Assembly (NCBI GenBank): GCA_963764725.1
Contig: CAVXTM010000009.1
Span: 1-64,000, forward strand
DNA from: an uncultured Gammaproteobacteria bacterium
GTDB lineage: Bacteria; Pseudomonadota; Gammaproteobacteria; JACCXJ01
Direction of reading: 5' to 3'
DNA length: 64,000 bases
Shown: positions 9,936-23,967 of the stretch, in pieces
Layout: each line of letters opens with the position of its first letter
Position numbering within the stretch: the first letter of the stretch is position 1
Notes under the pieces: generated by a model
Database searches by the model: none
What the model was told of the DNA's origin: nothing
The model's input: only the letters and a program-made list of their open reading frames with translations
Made by a program: the position numbers and the translations under genes

Positions 9936-11537
9936 GGGTGTAGATCGGTAACTGATATGATTTTATTGAAGTTGTGGCATGTTAGGGTAGCGTGAGCTGA
10001 CAATTTGTCATGGCGGTAGAGAGGTGAAGGGGCAGTGGTCCTCGTGGATAATTCGTCGTGCATTAATTCAACGAAATCCGGAGGCTGCCCCGATGCAAGT
10101 ATTTCACACGACCAAGAACGATGCCACAGCTAAGAACGCGGCGATCGAACGACTGCACAAGGCAGTTGCGGAGCTGCGCGCCCGTCGTGGGGCGGAGGAG
10201 AACTTCGAAGGCTTTGAACAGGAGTTGCACGCCGTATTCATGGACGCCGAGTGCGAGATCCTCGCCGAGGAGCTGGAGCGGCTGGATGTGAACCAGCCGC
10301 AGCTGCTGATTGACGGGCACCTGCACCATCGGGTGCTACGCAGTTCGGAGACCTACCTGAGCGCGGCGGGTGCGGTGAAAGTGTGGCGCACGCTGTACCG
10401 CCGTGGTCGCGATGGGGCGGTGGTGCCGTTGGAGTTGCGTGCGGGTATGGTGGCCGGTCAGTTCACCCCGCGCGCGGCGCGCCAAGCGCTGTGGGCGGTG
10501 GCGCATCTGACCCCGCAGGAGGCCGAAGGGTTGTTTCGGGAAGTGGGCAACATGAGCCCCTCGAAGAGCAGTCTGGATCGGTTGCCGAAGCAGTGCTCGG
10601 CGCAGTGGGAAGCGCAACGGGAACACTTCGAGGCGCAGTTGCACGGAGCGATGACGATTCCCGAAGCGGCGGTCACGGTGGCGGTGTCGCTCGATGGGGT
10701 GATGACGCCGATGAAGGACGGGGCACGCGCTGCCAAGCGCGACCAGGGTGTTGCCGAAGGCAAGCGCACGAAAGGACCGGCCGGCTATCAAGAAGTGGGC
10801 TGTGCGACGCTGAGCTTTCACGATGTCGAAGGCGAGCGGCTGGGCACGGTGCGCATGGCGCGGATGCCGGAGTCAAAGAAAGCGACCGTGAAGACGATGC
10901 TAGCGGCGGAGGTGGCGGCCGCACTCCGACAACGCCCGCCGTTGCGGGTGGTCAAGCTTGCCGACGGGGCCAAGGACAACTGGACCTTCCTCAGCGATGA
11001 ACTGCCCGCGGGTGAGGAGATCATCGACTTCTACCACGCCGCCGAGCATCTCAAAGCAGCGTTTGCGGTGGCCTACGGGGAAAACACCCCGAAGGCGCGC
11101 ACCCAGTTTGAGACCTATCGGCACATCCTGCGCGCGGAGAACGATGGAGTCGAAAAGGTGATCCGCACACTCGCTTATCAGCGCGACCGGCATCCGCGCC
11201 GCAAGGTGCTAGCGACCGAGCTCGGCTACTTCCGCCGCAATCGAGCGCGCATGGGCTATGCGGCGGCAAAAGCGCTGGGGTTGCCGATCGGCTCAGGTGT
11301 GGTGGAAGCGGCGTGCAAGACGTTGGTGACGCAGCGGATGAAACGCTCGGGCATGCGCTGGCGACACGAGGGCGGTCAAGCGATCTTGACATTGCGTGCG
11401 CTGGCGCAGAGCCAGCGCTTCGATCACGGCTGGCGGCTGCTCGCACAAACCTACCGTGCCCACGTCGCGGCTCCGGATAACGTCATTGCATTCCCTGGCG
11501 CCAAGGTACACTGATGATCAGTTTGAGACCTACACCC
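9936..11537 (+). mobile_element. ISKra4/ISLre2-like (Mutator-type DDE) element
   Basis: TIRs GGGTGTAGATCGGTAACTGAT / GGGTGTAGGTCTCAAACTGAT; 8-bp TSD AATGGTAT (9928-9935, 11538-11545). Confidence 0.9.
10093..11514 (+). CDS. ISKra4/ISLre2-like transposase
   Basis: SLDG, ADGAKDNW, IDFYHAAEHL, LPIGSGVVEAACK..RMKRSGMRW. Confidence 0.88.
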   Translation: MQVFHTTKNDATAKNAAIERLHKAVAELRARRGAEENFEGFEQELHAVFMDAECEILAEELERLDVNQPQLLIDGHLHHRVLRSSETYLSAAGAVKVWRTLYRRGRDGAVVPLELRAGMVAGQFTPRAARQALWAVAHLTPQEAEGLFREVGNMSPSKSSLDRLPKQCSAQWEAQREHFEAQLHGAMTIPEAAVTVAVSLDGVMTPMKDGARAAKRDQGVAEGKRTKGPAGYQEVGCATLSFHDVEGERLGTVRMARMPESKKATVKTMLAAEVAAALRQRPPLRVVKLADGAKDNWTFLSDELPAGEEIIDFYHAAEHLKAAFAVAYGENTPKARTQFETYRHILRAENDGVEKVIRTLAYQRDRHPRRKVLATELGYFRRNRARMGYAAAKALGLPIGSGVVEAACKTLVTQRMKRSGMRWRHEGGQAILTLRALAQSQRFDHGWRLLAQTYRAHVAAPDNVIAFPGAKVH

Positions 11538-11973
11538 AATGGTATTCATCGTGCTCACTGAGACTGATGCGTGCTTCCTGCGCGAAGCGAATCAATGCAA
11601 AACCGAGAAAGGCTGTCGCAATAATGAAGAGCAATCCAGCGCCATACGCGTGTTTTAGCCCCAAGAATCCAGTTGTAAACATGATAGCGAGAAGAAGAGT
11701 GGCACAAACGCCGCCGCGAAGAGCTGAGTGGATGCCGCTGATCAAGTAACGAGCACGGCGTCTCAATCGCTCAAGATCGACTTTGAGGTGGGCTCGTGCG
11801 TGGTCCTCATCTGATATCTCGTTTAGGGTTCGAATACGCTCAATCACCGTTGACAGCCTCGAATTCATGAGCGATACAAACGCGGCAACTGCACCTAGGA
11901 AAAACGTGGGGGCCAACGCGTTCGAGAAAATTTGAGCTAACTGCTGTGCGTCAGGAATGAAAAAATCGGGCAT
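11530..11973 (-). CDS. DUF2721-like small membrane protein; stop codon altered by the IS insertion
   Basis: ALAPTFFLGAV..RLSTVIERIR pattern, 3 hydrophobic segments; the original end EYH* is recoverable across the TSD. Confidence 0.7.
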   Translation of the reverse strand: MPDFFIPDAQQLAQIFSNALAPTFFLGAVAAFVSLMNSRLSTVIERIRTLNEISDEDHARAHLKVDLERLRRRARYLISGIHSALRGGVCATLLLAIMFTTGFLGLKHAYGAGLLFIIATAFLGFALIRFAQEARISLSEHDEYHWV

Positions 11974-12151
11974 TCTGTGGTCCCCCTACTGGCTGGGATT
12001 TCCTATGTGACTGCTGATATCGGCGCTGTGGTGATGCGATCTCTTCATGACGTTGCGGAATGCCACGTGCTCCACGAAGTACAAGGACGCTTGATTTCAT
12101 CGCCCACGTTGTTCCAGAACATTGTCGGGCTTGACGAGTTTCGATGGCGCC

Positions 12152-12236
12152 GCCGAACGTACCGCCGTTAAGCTGCGGGCGGCAGAGCCACGGCCTTCGG
12201 CCGTGGCGACGGCGACCGTCTGCTTCAACGGCTTGT
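12152..12236 (-). other. attC site (top strand on minus)
   Basis: Minus strand ACAAGCCGTTGAAGCAGACGG...CCGCAGCTTAACGGCGGTACGTTCGGC with internal hairpin GCCACGGCC GAA GGCCGTGGC. Confidence 0.8.
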
Positions 12237-12500
12237 GTACGCCCGACATGGGCATGAACTTATGGGGTGAAAGTCCCCTGTAGGAGTACCTCTGATGTCC
12301 ACGATGTGGACGACTATAACTACTAGCCGACGGCAAGGGCAACCTCGTGAGGGGTTGTCTGAAGAAAGCCCGAGCGCAAAGGTGCGAGCCGACGGACAGA
12401 AAGCGCATAGAAGGCTCAGCCTCCGGGCGAGTCAGCACAAGATGACAAAGCCCACCGGGTACAGGAGATAGGGTAAATGCGGCGGTTGCGCACTGACAGT
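12237..12500 (+). ncRNA. Group IIC(-attC) intron, 5' fragment (domain I; no RT ORF)
   Basis: Starts GTACGCCCGACATGGGC immediately after TTGT of the attC bottom strand; GGGGTGAAAGTCCCC and GGCAAGGG..AAGCCCGAG..GAGCCGACGGACAG are IIC-type motifs. Confidence 0.75.
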
Positions 12501-12718
12501 TACCAAAACGACGACAGAGAGCCACACGACAGACAGGCTGCTTTTCCTGCCGGGAGCGGTGGTTCCAGGCATCAAGGCGGCCGATCCGATGATCGCTGCG
12601 CGTTCGGCGGCTTATCCGATATCCTTTGCCCGCCGGTTCAAAACGCAGTGAGGCGCATTGCGTATGGGCGCCGTCGCCGGAACCAACCAGGCTTTGTTAG
12701 CGAAAGCGGGCTGGGTGC

Positions 12719-13378
12719 TCAAGCCTTCTCCGCCCGTGCGATGAGCTCAGGCTGGTCGTTCTTGGGATCGTTTACCTCCTTACTGACGGGGTAGGCGAGC
12801 ATGCGTTCCGAAGGATAGGGTTTCAAGAAGGCTTTCAGCCGGCCGGGATCGGTGAGATCGGGGTCCATCCAGGTGTCGTAAACCTGCGGCGCCAAGATGA
12901 CCGGCATTCGATCGTGAATTGGCTTCGTCAGTTCGTTGGCCTCGGTGACAATGATGGCGCAGGAATCGATGCTGGCCCAGTGGTCCCAGACGCCGGCGAA
13001 CGCGAACGGCTCGCAGTCCTTGAGCGCGATGAAGTAGGGTTGCTTGGTGCGCTCTAGCTTGCGCCACTCAAAATACCCGTCAGCCGCGATAAGGCATCGC
13101 CGGTGACGGAAGGCGTTCCGAAAGGCCGGCTTCTCGGCCACTGACTCGGCGCGCGCGTTGATGGTGCTATAGCCGGTCTTCGGCTCTTTGGACCAGTAAG
13201 GGATCAGGCCCCAGTGTAGGGACACGAGCTCCCGGTTGCCCCACGCGGCGTTGCGGGCCAGCAGCAATGCCTGCGTCGGAGCGATGTTGTACCGCGGGTT
13301 GAGGCTGAATCCGGCACCCGTGCGGAACAGATCGGCAAACTTCTGGACGGATGAGAATCGGGCGAACCGGCCGCACAT
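12719..13378 (-). CDS. yedK: SOS response-associated peptidase (SRAP/YedK/HMCES family)
   Basis: MCGRF start, RYNIAP, INARAE, GYFEW, HDRMPVIL. Confidence 0.93.
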   Translation of the reverse strand: MCGRFARFSSVQKFADLFRTGAGFSLNPRYNIAPTQALLLARNAAWGNRELVSLHWGLIPYWSKEPKTGYSTINARAESVAEKPAFRNAFRHRRCLIAADGYFEWRKLERTKQPYFIALKDCEPFAFAGVWDHWASIDSCAIIVTEANELTKPIHDRMPVILAPQVYDTWMDPDLTDPGRLKAFLKPYPSERMLAYPVSKEVNDPKNDQPELIARAEKA

Positions 13379-13381
13379 GGG

Positions 13382-13863
13382 TCAGTGCCTGCGGAAATCC
13401 CACGGCGGCACCGGCCGGGGATCGCGCCAGAGACCGCGCCGCTCTGCCCGAGCCTTCTTCTCGGCGCGACCCGGTCCTCCGGGGATTGCTCGCGCTCGTA
13501 GCGCTTGTAATGCCATGCCAGGCCGGTCTGGATCTGGTTGAGGCCGGCATCCGCCCCGTTCACGAGCACCTTGCCAAGAATACGCTTGTACCGGTCCCGC
13601 TTGTGGAAAACCACCGAGACCGTCTTGTCGTATGCCAGATCCGAGAGGTGCTGCTTCGATACTTGCCCGAACGCTTGGCCCTTCTCCGGGGCATCGATGC
13701 ACGTTAGCCGCACGCGGTGTTGCTGCCGTTGGGCGCTCAAGACCGTGAGCGTGTCGCCGTCCGCGATGCCGACGACCCGGCCAATCAACTGGTCAGCCCA
13801 AGCAGAGCCGATCCATAGCGCGAGGCCGAGGAGGGTGGAGAGTCGAAAACCCTGGCGGGTCAT
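13382..13863 (-). pseudogene. Thermonuclease (SNase-like), frameshifted near the 3' end
   Basis: Signal peptide, DGDT, RLxxIDAPE, DRYxRILG, GLAW; the C-terminus ARAERRGLW..PPWDFR is in another frame. Confidence 0.8.
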
Positions 13864-14302
13864 GCCGTCATTTTTGCATTTACCCGCACGAGTACGAAAG
13901 CCTACGCAACTCCGCGATCACTGGCCTCAATCCCAGGATTGATCCATCTGGCCTTGGCGCCACAGTCGCACCATTTCGTTTATGCAACGAGGAAAAAGCG
14001 TTGACGAACCCCCCGCTCCGCGGCCTCTAGGTGGTAGGTCCAACCGCTCCCGCGCCTGTTCCGGGCGTTACATTGGGTTAAACGTCGCGGAGAGCGACGG
14101 TCCAATTTGCTCTTGAACACATCAGACAGACCCAATGGCTGGATTATGTTGTACATTACGGTACATTGGCAGCAAAAGTGTCGTCGAAGGGGAGACTATG
14201 GCCCTCGCCAAGAGCGCCGCGCTGACGTTCCGTATCGAACCGGCCCTGAAGAGGCGCTACGCATCGCTCCATCGCGAATATGTTCGAGGGGCTGATCCGG
14301 GA

Positions 14303-15563
14303 CTAGTATAACGATTCTATAAAACATTTACTTTTATGAGTAGCGGTGTCATCCTGGCTTCCCAGGCTTATCCATGGTCTGGGAGGGTGATGATGGCGGG
14401 AAAGACAAGGCGGGCGGCGCTGGAGGTTTCGGCAGATGAACGCAAGAGGTTGGAGCGTTTGCGGGATTCGCGCAAGGCGCCGAAGCGGGAAGTCGAACGC
14501 GCGGCGATCCTGCTGCGCTACGCCGTGGGTGAGGGTCCGGCGGCGATCCAACAGGCGTTGGGGGTGAGCCGGCCGACTATTTACAAATGCATCGACAAGG
14601 CGCTGGCGGCCGGGGTGGACGCTGGACTGAAAGATCACTACCACCGCCCCAAGGAGCCGCTGATTACACAGCAGGCGAAGGCGTGGGTGTTGAATATAGC
14701 GTGCACGAAGCCCACCGATCATGGCTTGGCGGCGGAGTTGTGGACGCTCTCCGCGCTCGCCCGCTATACCCGCGAGCACGCCCCTGTCGCGGGGCATGGG
14801 AGCCTGGCGCAGGCGGGCAAGGCCACGATCTGGCGCATCCTGCACGCTGCTGAGATCAAACCCCATAAGGTGGAGTACTACCTGGAGCGCCGCGATGCGC
14901 AGTTTGAAGAGAAAATGTGCGAGGTGTTGATGGTCTACCAGGAAGTCGCCCTTGCCAATGCCGCGCAGGCCTTGGGCGAGGACGCCGGTTCGGTCATTAC
15001 CGTCAGCGTGGACGAGAAACCGGGCGTTCAGGCGATCGAGACTACCGCGCCCGATTTGCCGCCGGTGCCAGGGCAGCACGGCACCTGGAGTCGGGACCAC
15101 GAGTACCAGCGCCATGGAACCCTGTCCATTCTCGCGGCCGTTGACTTGCACACCGGCGAAGTCATCGCACAAGTTCATCCGCGCCACCGTAGCCGCGAGT
15201 TCATCCTGCTGCTCAAGGAACTCGATGAGCACTACCCGAAGGCGTGCACCATTCGCGTGATCCTGGACAACCATTCAGCGCATATCTCCAAGGAAACCAT
15301 GGCCTACCTCGCTTCTCGGCCCAACCGGTTCATCTACGTCCATACGCCTAAGCATGGCTCTTGGCTGAACCTGATCGAAACCGTGTTCGGAAAAATGGCC
15401 CGTACGTTCCTCAAGGCTATACGCGTCAAGTCTCGCGAGGAACTTAAGAAGCGCATCTTGCAAGGTGTGCATGAGATGAATCTCGCCCCAGTCGTTGTGC
15501 GCTGGACGAAGTTCGATCTGGGGCTGGCATAACAGTAAGCTAATTGATGAATCGTTATACTAG
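14303..15563 (+). mobile_element. IS630-family element
   Basis: CTAG at both ends; TIR TATAACGATTC / GAATCGTTATA. Confidence 0.92.
14390..15532 (+). CDS. IS630-family transposase
   Basis: DEKPG, DHEYQRHGT, LDNHSAH, HGSWLNLIE. Confidence 0.92.
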   Translation: MMAGKTRRAALEVSADERKRLERLRDSRKAPKREVERAAILLRYAVGEGPAAIQQALGVSRPTIYKCIDKALAAGVDAGLKDHYHRPKEPLITQQAKAWVLNIACTKPTDHGLAAELWTLSALARYTREHAPVAGHGSLAQAGKATIWRILHAAEIKPHKVEYYLERRDAQFEEKMCEVLMVYQEVALANAAQALGEDAGSVITVSVDEKPGVQAIETTAPDLPPVPGQHGTWSRDHEYQRHGTLSILAAVDLHTGEVIAQVHPRHRSREFILLLKELDEHYPKACTIRVILDNHSAHISKETMAYLASRPNRFIYVHTPKHGSWLNLIETVFGKMARTFLKAIRVKSREELKKRILQGVHEMNLAPVVVRWTKFDLGLA

Positions 15564-15695
15564 AGGGCGCAACGGGATCACGATCCAGGAGCAGGGGCCG
15601 CCGTTTCTTGACGATGACCGTACGCGCAATCAAGAAAAAATAAGACCCATCATGCCCCGAAAAACGTCGAGGCCTTATTGCTCCGTCTGTAAAGC

Positions 15696-19131
<3,436 letters not shown>

Positions 19132-19168
19132 CTACCAATGTCACTGTCCAAGCCGAGCGGGTACTCGC

Positions 19169-19876
19169 ATGACCTTTGATCCGTGGGGACCACTGCAAAC
19201 TGTCCTCCAGGACCAAAACGACAGCGAATTCGTGCTAGCCATATTGGCTTCGGCCGGACTACCACCGACACGCGAGCTTAGTGAAAAATAGGCGTACTCG
19301 CATAAGACGCGTGTGCGCGCATACCTTGGGATGGTTACCAGTCAGTACAACGGTCTCGACGAACCCGCGCGCCGGCTGTTCGTGGCGAACGTCGCTAGAG
19401 CGCTTGTGGGAAGAGATGCGGGGCTCGAAAGCACCTTGGATGAGATCCTCGCAAGAATTGGTTGGCGATTTATCGATGGCGCGCTCATCCCCGTGGGCGT
19501 TATCGACGAGCAAGATCTTGTGCAGGTGCCGGATATCGCGAGGGCTGATCTTACGAAGGCCGCGGCGCGGATCACAACGGACCCGTCAGGCGCAATTACG
19601 GCCGCGGCTGGCGCGATTGATACCGTCACTGCGCACATCTATCGGAACCGTGGCATCGGTGATCCGGGTGATGCTTCATTTCAACAGAGGGTCAACCGGT
19701 CACTCGAAGCGATTAGCGCCATGGCGCGATACAAGACCGAACTCATGGGCTTGGGGTGGGACGCAGCACTTGCTGAGCTATTGATCCATAACTTGGAGGG
19801 GTCGTCCTCCCAGGCAGCGTTTGTCATGCAGAGTCTGCGCGCCAACATGGGTGATCCCCCCATCCCGTGCCGATGA
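19169..19876 (+). pseudogene. Possible abortive-infection (Abi_C/HEPN-like) protein with an internal stop and 3' truncation
   Basis: ATG 19169 is in frame with ORF 19313; TAG at 19289; DPSGAITAA..LRANMGD resembles Abi C-terminal domains but stops before the usual H. Confidence 0.45.
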
Positions 19877-19984
19877 AGCGCTTACGAGGCAGCTTGACGG
19901 CTCTCCGAACCCGCGGCCCGTACCGGCCGGTAAAAAAGGAGCTGGCGATGCAGAGTCCGATACCCTACGGCGTCAAAATCCGTA

Positions 19985-20554
19985 TCACCGATTGTGGGGC
20001 GGCGGCTGTGTGCCGGGTGGGGGAAGCGGTGGCTTTGCGCCGGGTGGAGCAGGCGGCGGAGCCCCGCTGTTCGGCGGCGGGGGCTGATAACGCGAAAATG
20101 CATCCCGATAGGCTGCGGGGACCGGCACCTGGTGCCCCTTGGCGTACATGCATTGTACGTAGGTGATGTCGTAACGGTTCTGCAGGGCGTAGGCAGAACT
20201 CTCGTAGGTGCCGGTCCCGGCCGCGCTTCCCAACAGCAGTCCGCTGCCCGCGCCGATGGCGGCGCCGCCGGCCGGCTCGCCAGCGGCGGCGCCGATCAAC
20301 GCTCCGGCCGCGGCACCGACGGCCGTGCCGGCGGCGGCACTCGCGGTGCCGCTGTCCATCGCCGTTTGTGTGGGAGTTTGCCCCCCCACCGCCTGCCGAG
20401 CATAGAACTGACACAGCGCATCGTCCGCGCGGAACTGCTCGAAGGTCTTTTGGGCCCCCGGCAGTACCAGGACACTGGGACCGCTCGGAAGCGTCGCGCA
20501 TGCTCCCGAGAGAAGCGCCGAGAACGCCCCCAATAGCACCGGTCTCTTGCTCAT
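19985..20554 (-). CDS. Glycine-zipper lipoprotein with Pro-rich tail
   Basis: Lipobox-like LSGAC, GAAAGALIGAAAG zipper, YVQCMYAKGHQVP. Confidence 0.8.
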   Translation of the reverse strand: MSKRPVLLGAFSALLSGACATLPSGPSVLVLPGAQKTFEQFRADDALCQFYARQAVGGQTPTQTAMDSGTASAAAGTAVGAAAGALIGAAAGEPAGGAAIGAGSGLLLGSAAGTGTYESSAYALQNRYDITYVQCMYAKGHQVPVPAAYRDAFSRYQPPPPNSGAPPPAPPGAKPPLPPPGTQPPPHNR

Positions 20555-20573
20555 TGCCACACTCCTCCGCGCT

Positions 20574-21002
20574 TTACTGCGGCGGGGCACTCGGCACCAC
20601 CTGCTGCCAACCCCGCGGACAATTTTGCACATAGGGATAGTATCCACTCGGCTCGGGGCAATAATACCAGTAGTACGGTTCGCGCTGGATGTAGACCTGA
20701 GGTTGCGTTTCGATCACCACCGCGGGCGGATAGCCGTATGGATAGCGGTAATACGGATAATAAGGTGGGCGCCAGAACCAGGGGGCGCCGATGAAAAACC
20801 CGAAATCCCCATGGAACCCGCCGTGCCCATGGAACCCGCCGTGTCCGCCTCCACGCTTTCCGTCATGTCCGCCTCCGTGCCCTCCGCCGTGCCCGCCTCC
20901 ACGCTTTCCGCCGTGTCCACCTCCGGCCCAGGCATCATCGACGATACCCGCACCCTCCAGCACGGTGAGGACCGTGAGCAAACTAACCGCGAGCTTCTTC
21001 AT
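20574..21002 (-). CDS. Gly/His-rich, Pro/Tyr-rich exported protein
   Basis: Signal peptide MKKLAV.., GGHGG repeats, YWYYC..GYYPYVQNCPRGWQQV. Confidence 0.75.
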   Translation of the reverse strand: MKKLAVSLLTVLTVLEGAGIVDDAWAGGGHGGKRGGGHGGGHGGGHDGKRGGGHGGFHGHGGFHGDFGFFIGAPWFWRPPYYPYYRYPYGYPPAVVIETQPQVYIQREPYYWYYCPEPSGYYPYVQNCPRGWQQVVPSAPPQ

Positions 21003-21049
21003 GCCCTCTACGACCCGTGGACGGTCTTGTCGACCGGCCCGCCGCTCTT

Positions 21050-21314
21050 GTGTGTTCCATGCGGTCCTTCTTGGTGAGGAATTCGCCACGGCCATTGGTG
21101 AAGGTGTAGTCCTCGGCCCAGATTTGTCCAGCGCCGCCAGGTCGCGCTTGGTCAGCGCTTCGGTGTACTCGCGGAACCGGTCTTTCAATGTCTGCTGCAC
21201 GTCAGCAGCTGCGGCCGGCTTGGCCACCGGGGAGGACTTCTTCGCTTCCATCGGCTGCGCTGGCAGGGTCAGCGCCGCACAGACCAAGATTACACTATAC
21301 AGAATGCGTCTCAT
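21050..21314 (-). pseudogene. NTF2/DUF4440-like exported protein remnant
   Basis: Signal peptide + EALTKRDLAALD; continuation WAEDYTFTNGRG in a shifted frame. Confidence 0.45.
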
Positions 21315-22898
21315 GGTTGTGTCCTTTCGAGAGAATTCAAGTGTAAAGGGTAGGATTTTCAACTCGATTTCGCAACGGGAAATGGATCGCTGATACGGCG
21401 GAGGTCTTTCCCCAAACTGCTTGACCGGTCCATAGGCGAGACCTGGGAAGTGCAGCTAAAAGCCACTAACAATTCGGCTTACATTACGGACTGGATTGAA
21501 CGACATTCTGGCGGCGAGATTCTCGCCACGGAAGAGCTTGCATAGCGTATGGATTTATCGACATCGAGACAATCAAACAGCGAACTTACCACGGATGTCG
21601 AGGACTTCGTCGAACAGGATGATTTCGGCCGACGGCGCCGCCGACTTTTGGGATTCCTTTCCCGCGCTCAGCGCCGTTTCAGTGGCTTTTGTCGTATGGG
21701 ACCTATGGGAGCGTCACCAGCGCAGCGAGATTGACTGGGGGGTATTGGCACCTGCGCACCGGACTGCGCGCCTGCACGGACGTGCGCTGCTAAGCTTCGC
21801 GCGGTGCGCTGCCGACACAGGGACGATGAATGCTCTCGTTTCGACACAAGGCGGCGCAGACCGCCGCCTCGCGGCCCTGCGTTCGCTCGTGCAGCTCGCA
21901 CGTCTTCTCGGGTTGGTGCCCTGGCGGCTTTCCGTTCCTTGGGGGTGACACCACCTTCTCTATTAACCCCATGACGCACGCGCACGCGTTTTTATGGACT
22001 CAGATAATCACCAAGTGCGCCCGTAAGCGATAGGGACATCGTGCTCGGCCCTAGCGAGCCAGGCGGGCGCGCCGGCTGGAAACGTGCTCGACGTGGCCGC
22101 CTGCGGGGGGCTATTAACGGGTACCTAATTCTGCGAAGTTTTGTGGATTAACGAAGCCGATCAAAGGTGCCCGAGGCGATCAATCTGCCGAAACTGAACC
22201 AGATCGGGCGCGGAAAATCCTACCCCAACGTATAATCTAACCGCGGGCTTAGTATGTCACACACGCCCGGCACTTAAGTCTGTCGCGACGTTGCGACGAT
22301 CCGCCCGCTTCCCCGGCTTTCCGCCAAGCTAGCACGCCCCTTTCGGGGCGATTCTGTGCGGCACAGGAGGTGCAGGTAAAGGGTAAGGGAATAGAGGAAA
22401 TGAACATATGACACCGTACGCAATACATTCTTGATCGTACTTCGGTGCGGCCATTGGATAGAAGCGCATCACCTAAACACGGCTTTCGGTATTAGCATTT
22501 TCATCGGCACGATCGCACAAATTAAATGTGCAGGTCATGACCACACGTAGGGCACGCAAGGTGCCCCGTAAAGGTTAAGGAATTTAACCAATCAGGGGAG
22601 CTGAAAATGAACACGGACGTTCCGATTCTTTTATTCGTCGTCGAGCTCGTTGAGGGCGTATTTGCGTTTTCATGCTGGGTTTTCGGGATAGCTGTGACCC
22701 ACATCGCAAGCGGCGTAGGTGCGATCTCGTGAAGGAAAAGAATCGCGAGATATTCGAGGCGCGTCAGGCCGAGATCCCGGCGCGCTTGGCGGCCGGCGAT
22801 AAGCCGACGCAGATCGCGGGCTGGCTTAACAGCCTCGGGTTCGTTGGAACGGGCGCGACCGTTAACGGGTTCCTCTATGTTTTAGGCATGCGGCGCAG

Positions 22899-23627
22899 AT
22901 GAACAAGCTGCTCGCCGCCCTGCTGCTCCTCACCGCTCAAACTGCGGCGGCAGATACGTTATCGGGCCGCGTAGTTAGCGTAGCTAATGGCGACACTCTT
23001 ACTGTGCTAGACCAGGACCGCGAACAACACACGATTCGGCTGTCTGGCATCGACGCCCCGGAAAAACCCCAAGCTTACGGCCAGCGATCCAAGCAAAGCC
23101 TTTCCGCCCTAGCCTACGGCCGTTCCGTTTCTGTCGAGTGGTGGAAGAGGGATCGGTATGGGCGCATCGTGGGCAAGGTATTGGAAGGCGGGCGGGACGT
23201 TAATTTCGAGCAGGTCCGGCGCGGCATGGCCTGGCATTACAAGTACTACCAACTCGGGCAGGACACACTAGACCGGGCACGCTACGCCGACGCGGAAATT
23301 GAAGCACGGACGGCGCGGCGTGGGCTATGGGCCGACCATGGGCCGATCCCGCCTTGGGAATGGCGGCACCGGGTTAGCTCGGCATACAACGGCGAAACCT
23401 TTCGACCTAGAAAGGTTTTGGTACCCTTAGAAACGAATAACGCCGGTCCGCGTTTTTCGCACTCGGCGTGCCCAAGGGGCCGCACTCGAAGCTTATCTGC
23501 GCGGCCGCGGGCTTCAAGCCCCCACGCTGGGCGCGCAGCGACGGGCAGAAGCCAGGATTGGGCAGTTGTTGCCAACGCAGCAAGGGAAGAAACTTCAAAC
23601 GCATGCGTTGGAGGTTTCACGCGATAG
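22899..23627 (+). CDS. Thermonuclease (SNase-like); similarity ends ~23373 and the tail is probably read-through
   Basis: Signal peptide, NGDT, IRLSGIDAPE, DRYGRIVG, GMAW, RRGLW..PPWEWR. Confidence 0.85.
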   Translation: MNKLLAALLLLTAQTAAADTLSGRVVSVANGDTLTVLDQDREQHTIRLSGIDAPEKPQAYGQRSKQSLSALAYGRSVSVEWWKRDRYGRIVGKVLEGGRDVNFEQVRRGMAWHYKYYQLGQDTLDRARYADAEIEARTARRGLWADHGPIPPWEWRHRVSSAYNGETFRPRKVLVPLETNNAGPRFSHSACPRGRTRSLSARPRASSPHAGRAATGRSQDWAVVANAAREETSNACVGGFTR

Positions 23628-23967
23628 CGACCGCTCAGATTTCCGTATCCTCGCCCGCGGCTTCGAGTTCGTTACCGACGAAGAGTGGCGTAAGTCGAGC
23701 CGCAATCCAAACAAAAGACGCGGTGGCGCTGAGGCCTAAGCTTGCGGGTGTATGCCCGGCGTGACGGAAGGTGAGATACCCGCATCAAGGGCAGGTAGCA
23801 TGTCCCCGGTGCGGAATTACCCTGCGAGCGCAAGGGTGGGAACGGCGGCCTCGGGGCCCGTTGATTGCGGTTTTCCTTCCCAGCTGCATTTTCAATCCGG
23901 CTCGGTATCAGCCGCTATCACGCGCGGAGAGGGAACCGTATCGCCCTTTAATTTATGGAGATTTTAC

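Larger units (their letters stand above)
14198..15600 (+). pseudogene. Small ribbon-helix-helix-like protein, degraded and interrupted by IS630
   Basis: MALAKSAALTFRIEPALK.. before the IS; ..GRNGITIQEQ after it. Confidence 0.45.

Noticed and set aside
10478-10490. Third copy of the 43-bp element (CGGCGCGCCAAGC)
   Set aside because: Only a short GC-rich match without the hairpin; likely chance.
12237-12500. Retron- or DGR-associated RNA
   Set aside because: Position and 5' sequence fit a group IIC intron fragment, and I found no reverse transcriptase gene in the window.
20574-21362. 262-aa ORF as one protein
   Set aside because: Apparent accidental fusion of an NTF2-like remnant to a gene with its own signal peptide starting at 21002.
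21496-22900. Small ORFs or a possible structured RNA
   Set aside because: No recognisable motifs; short hairpins alone do not support an ncRNA call.
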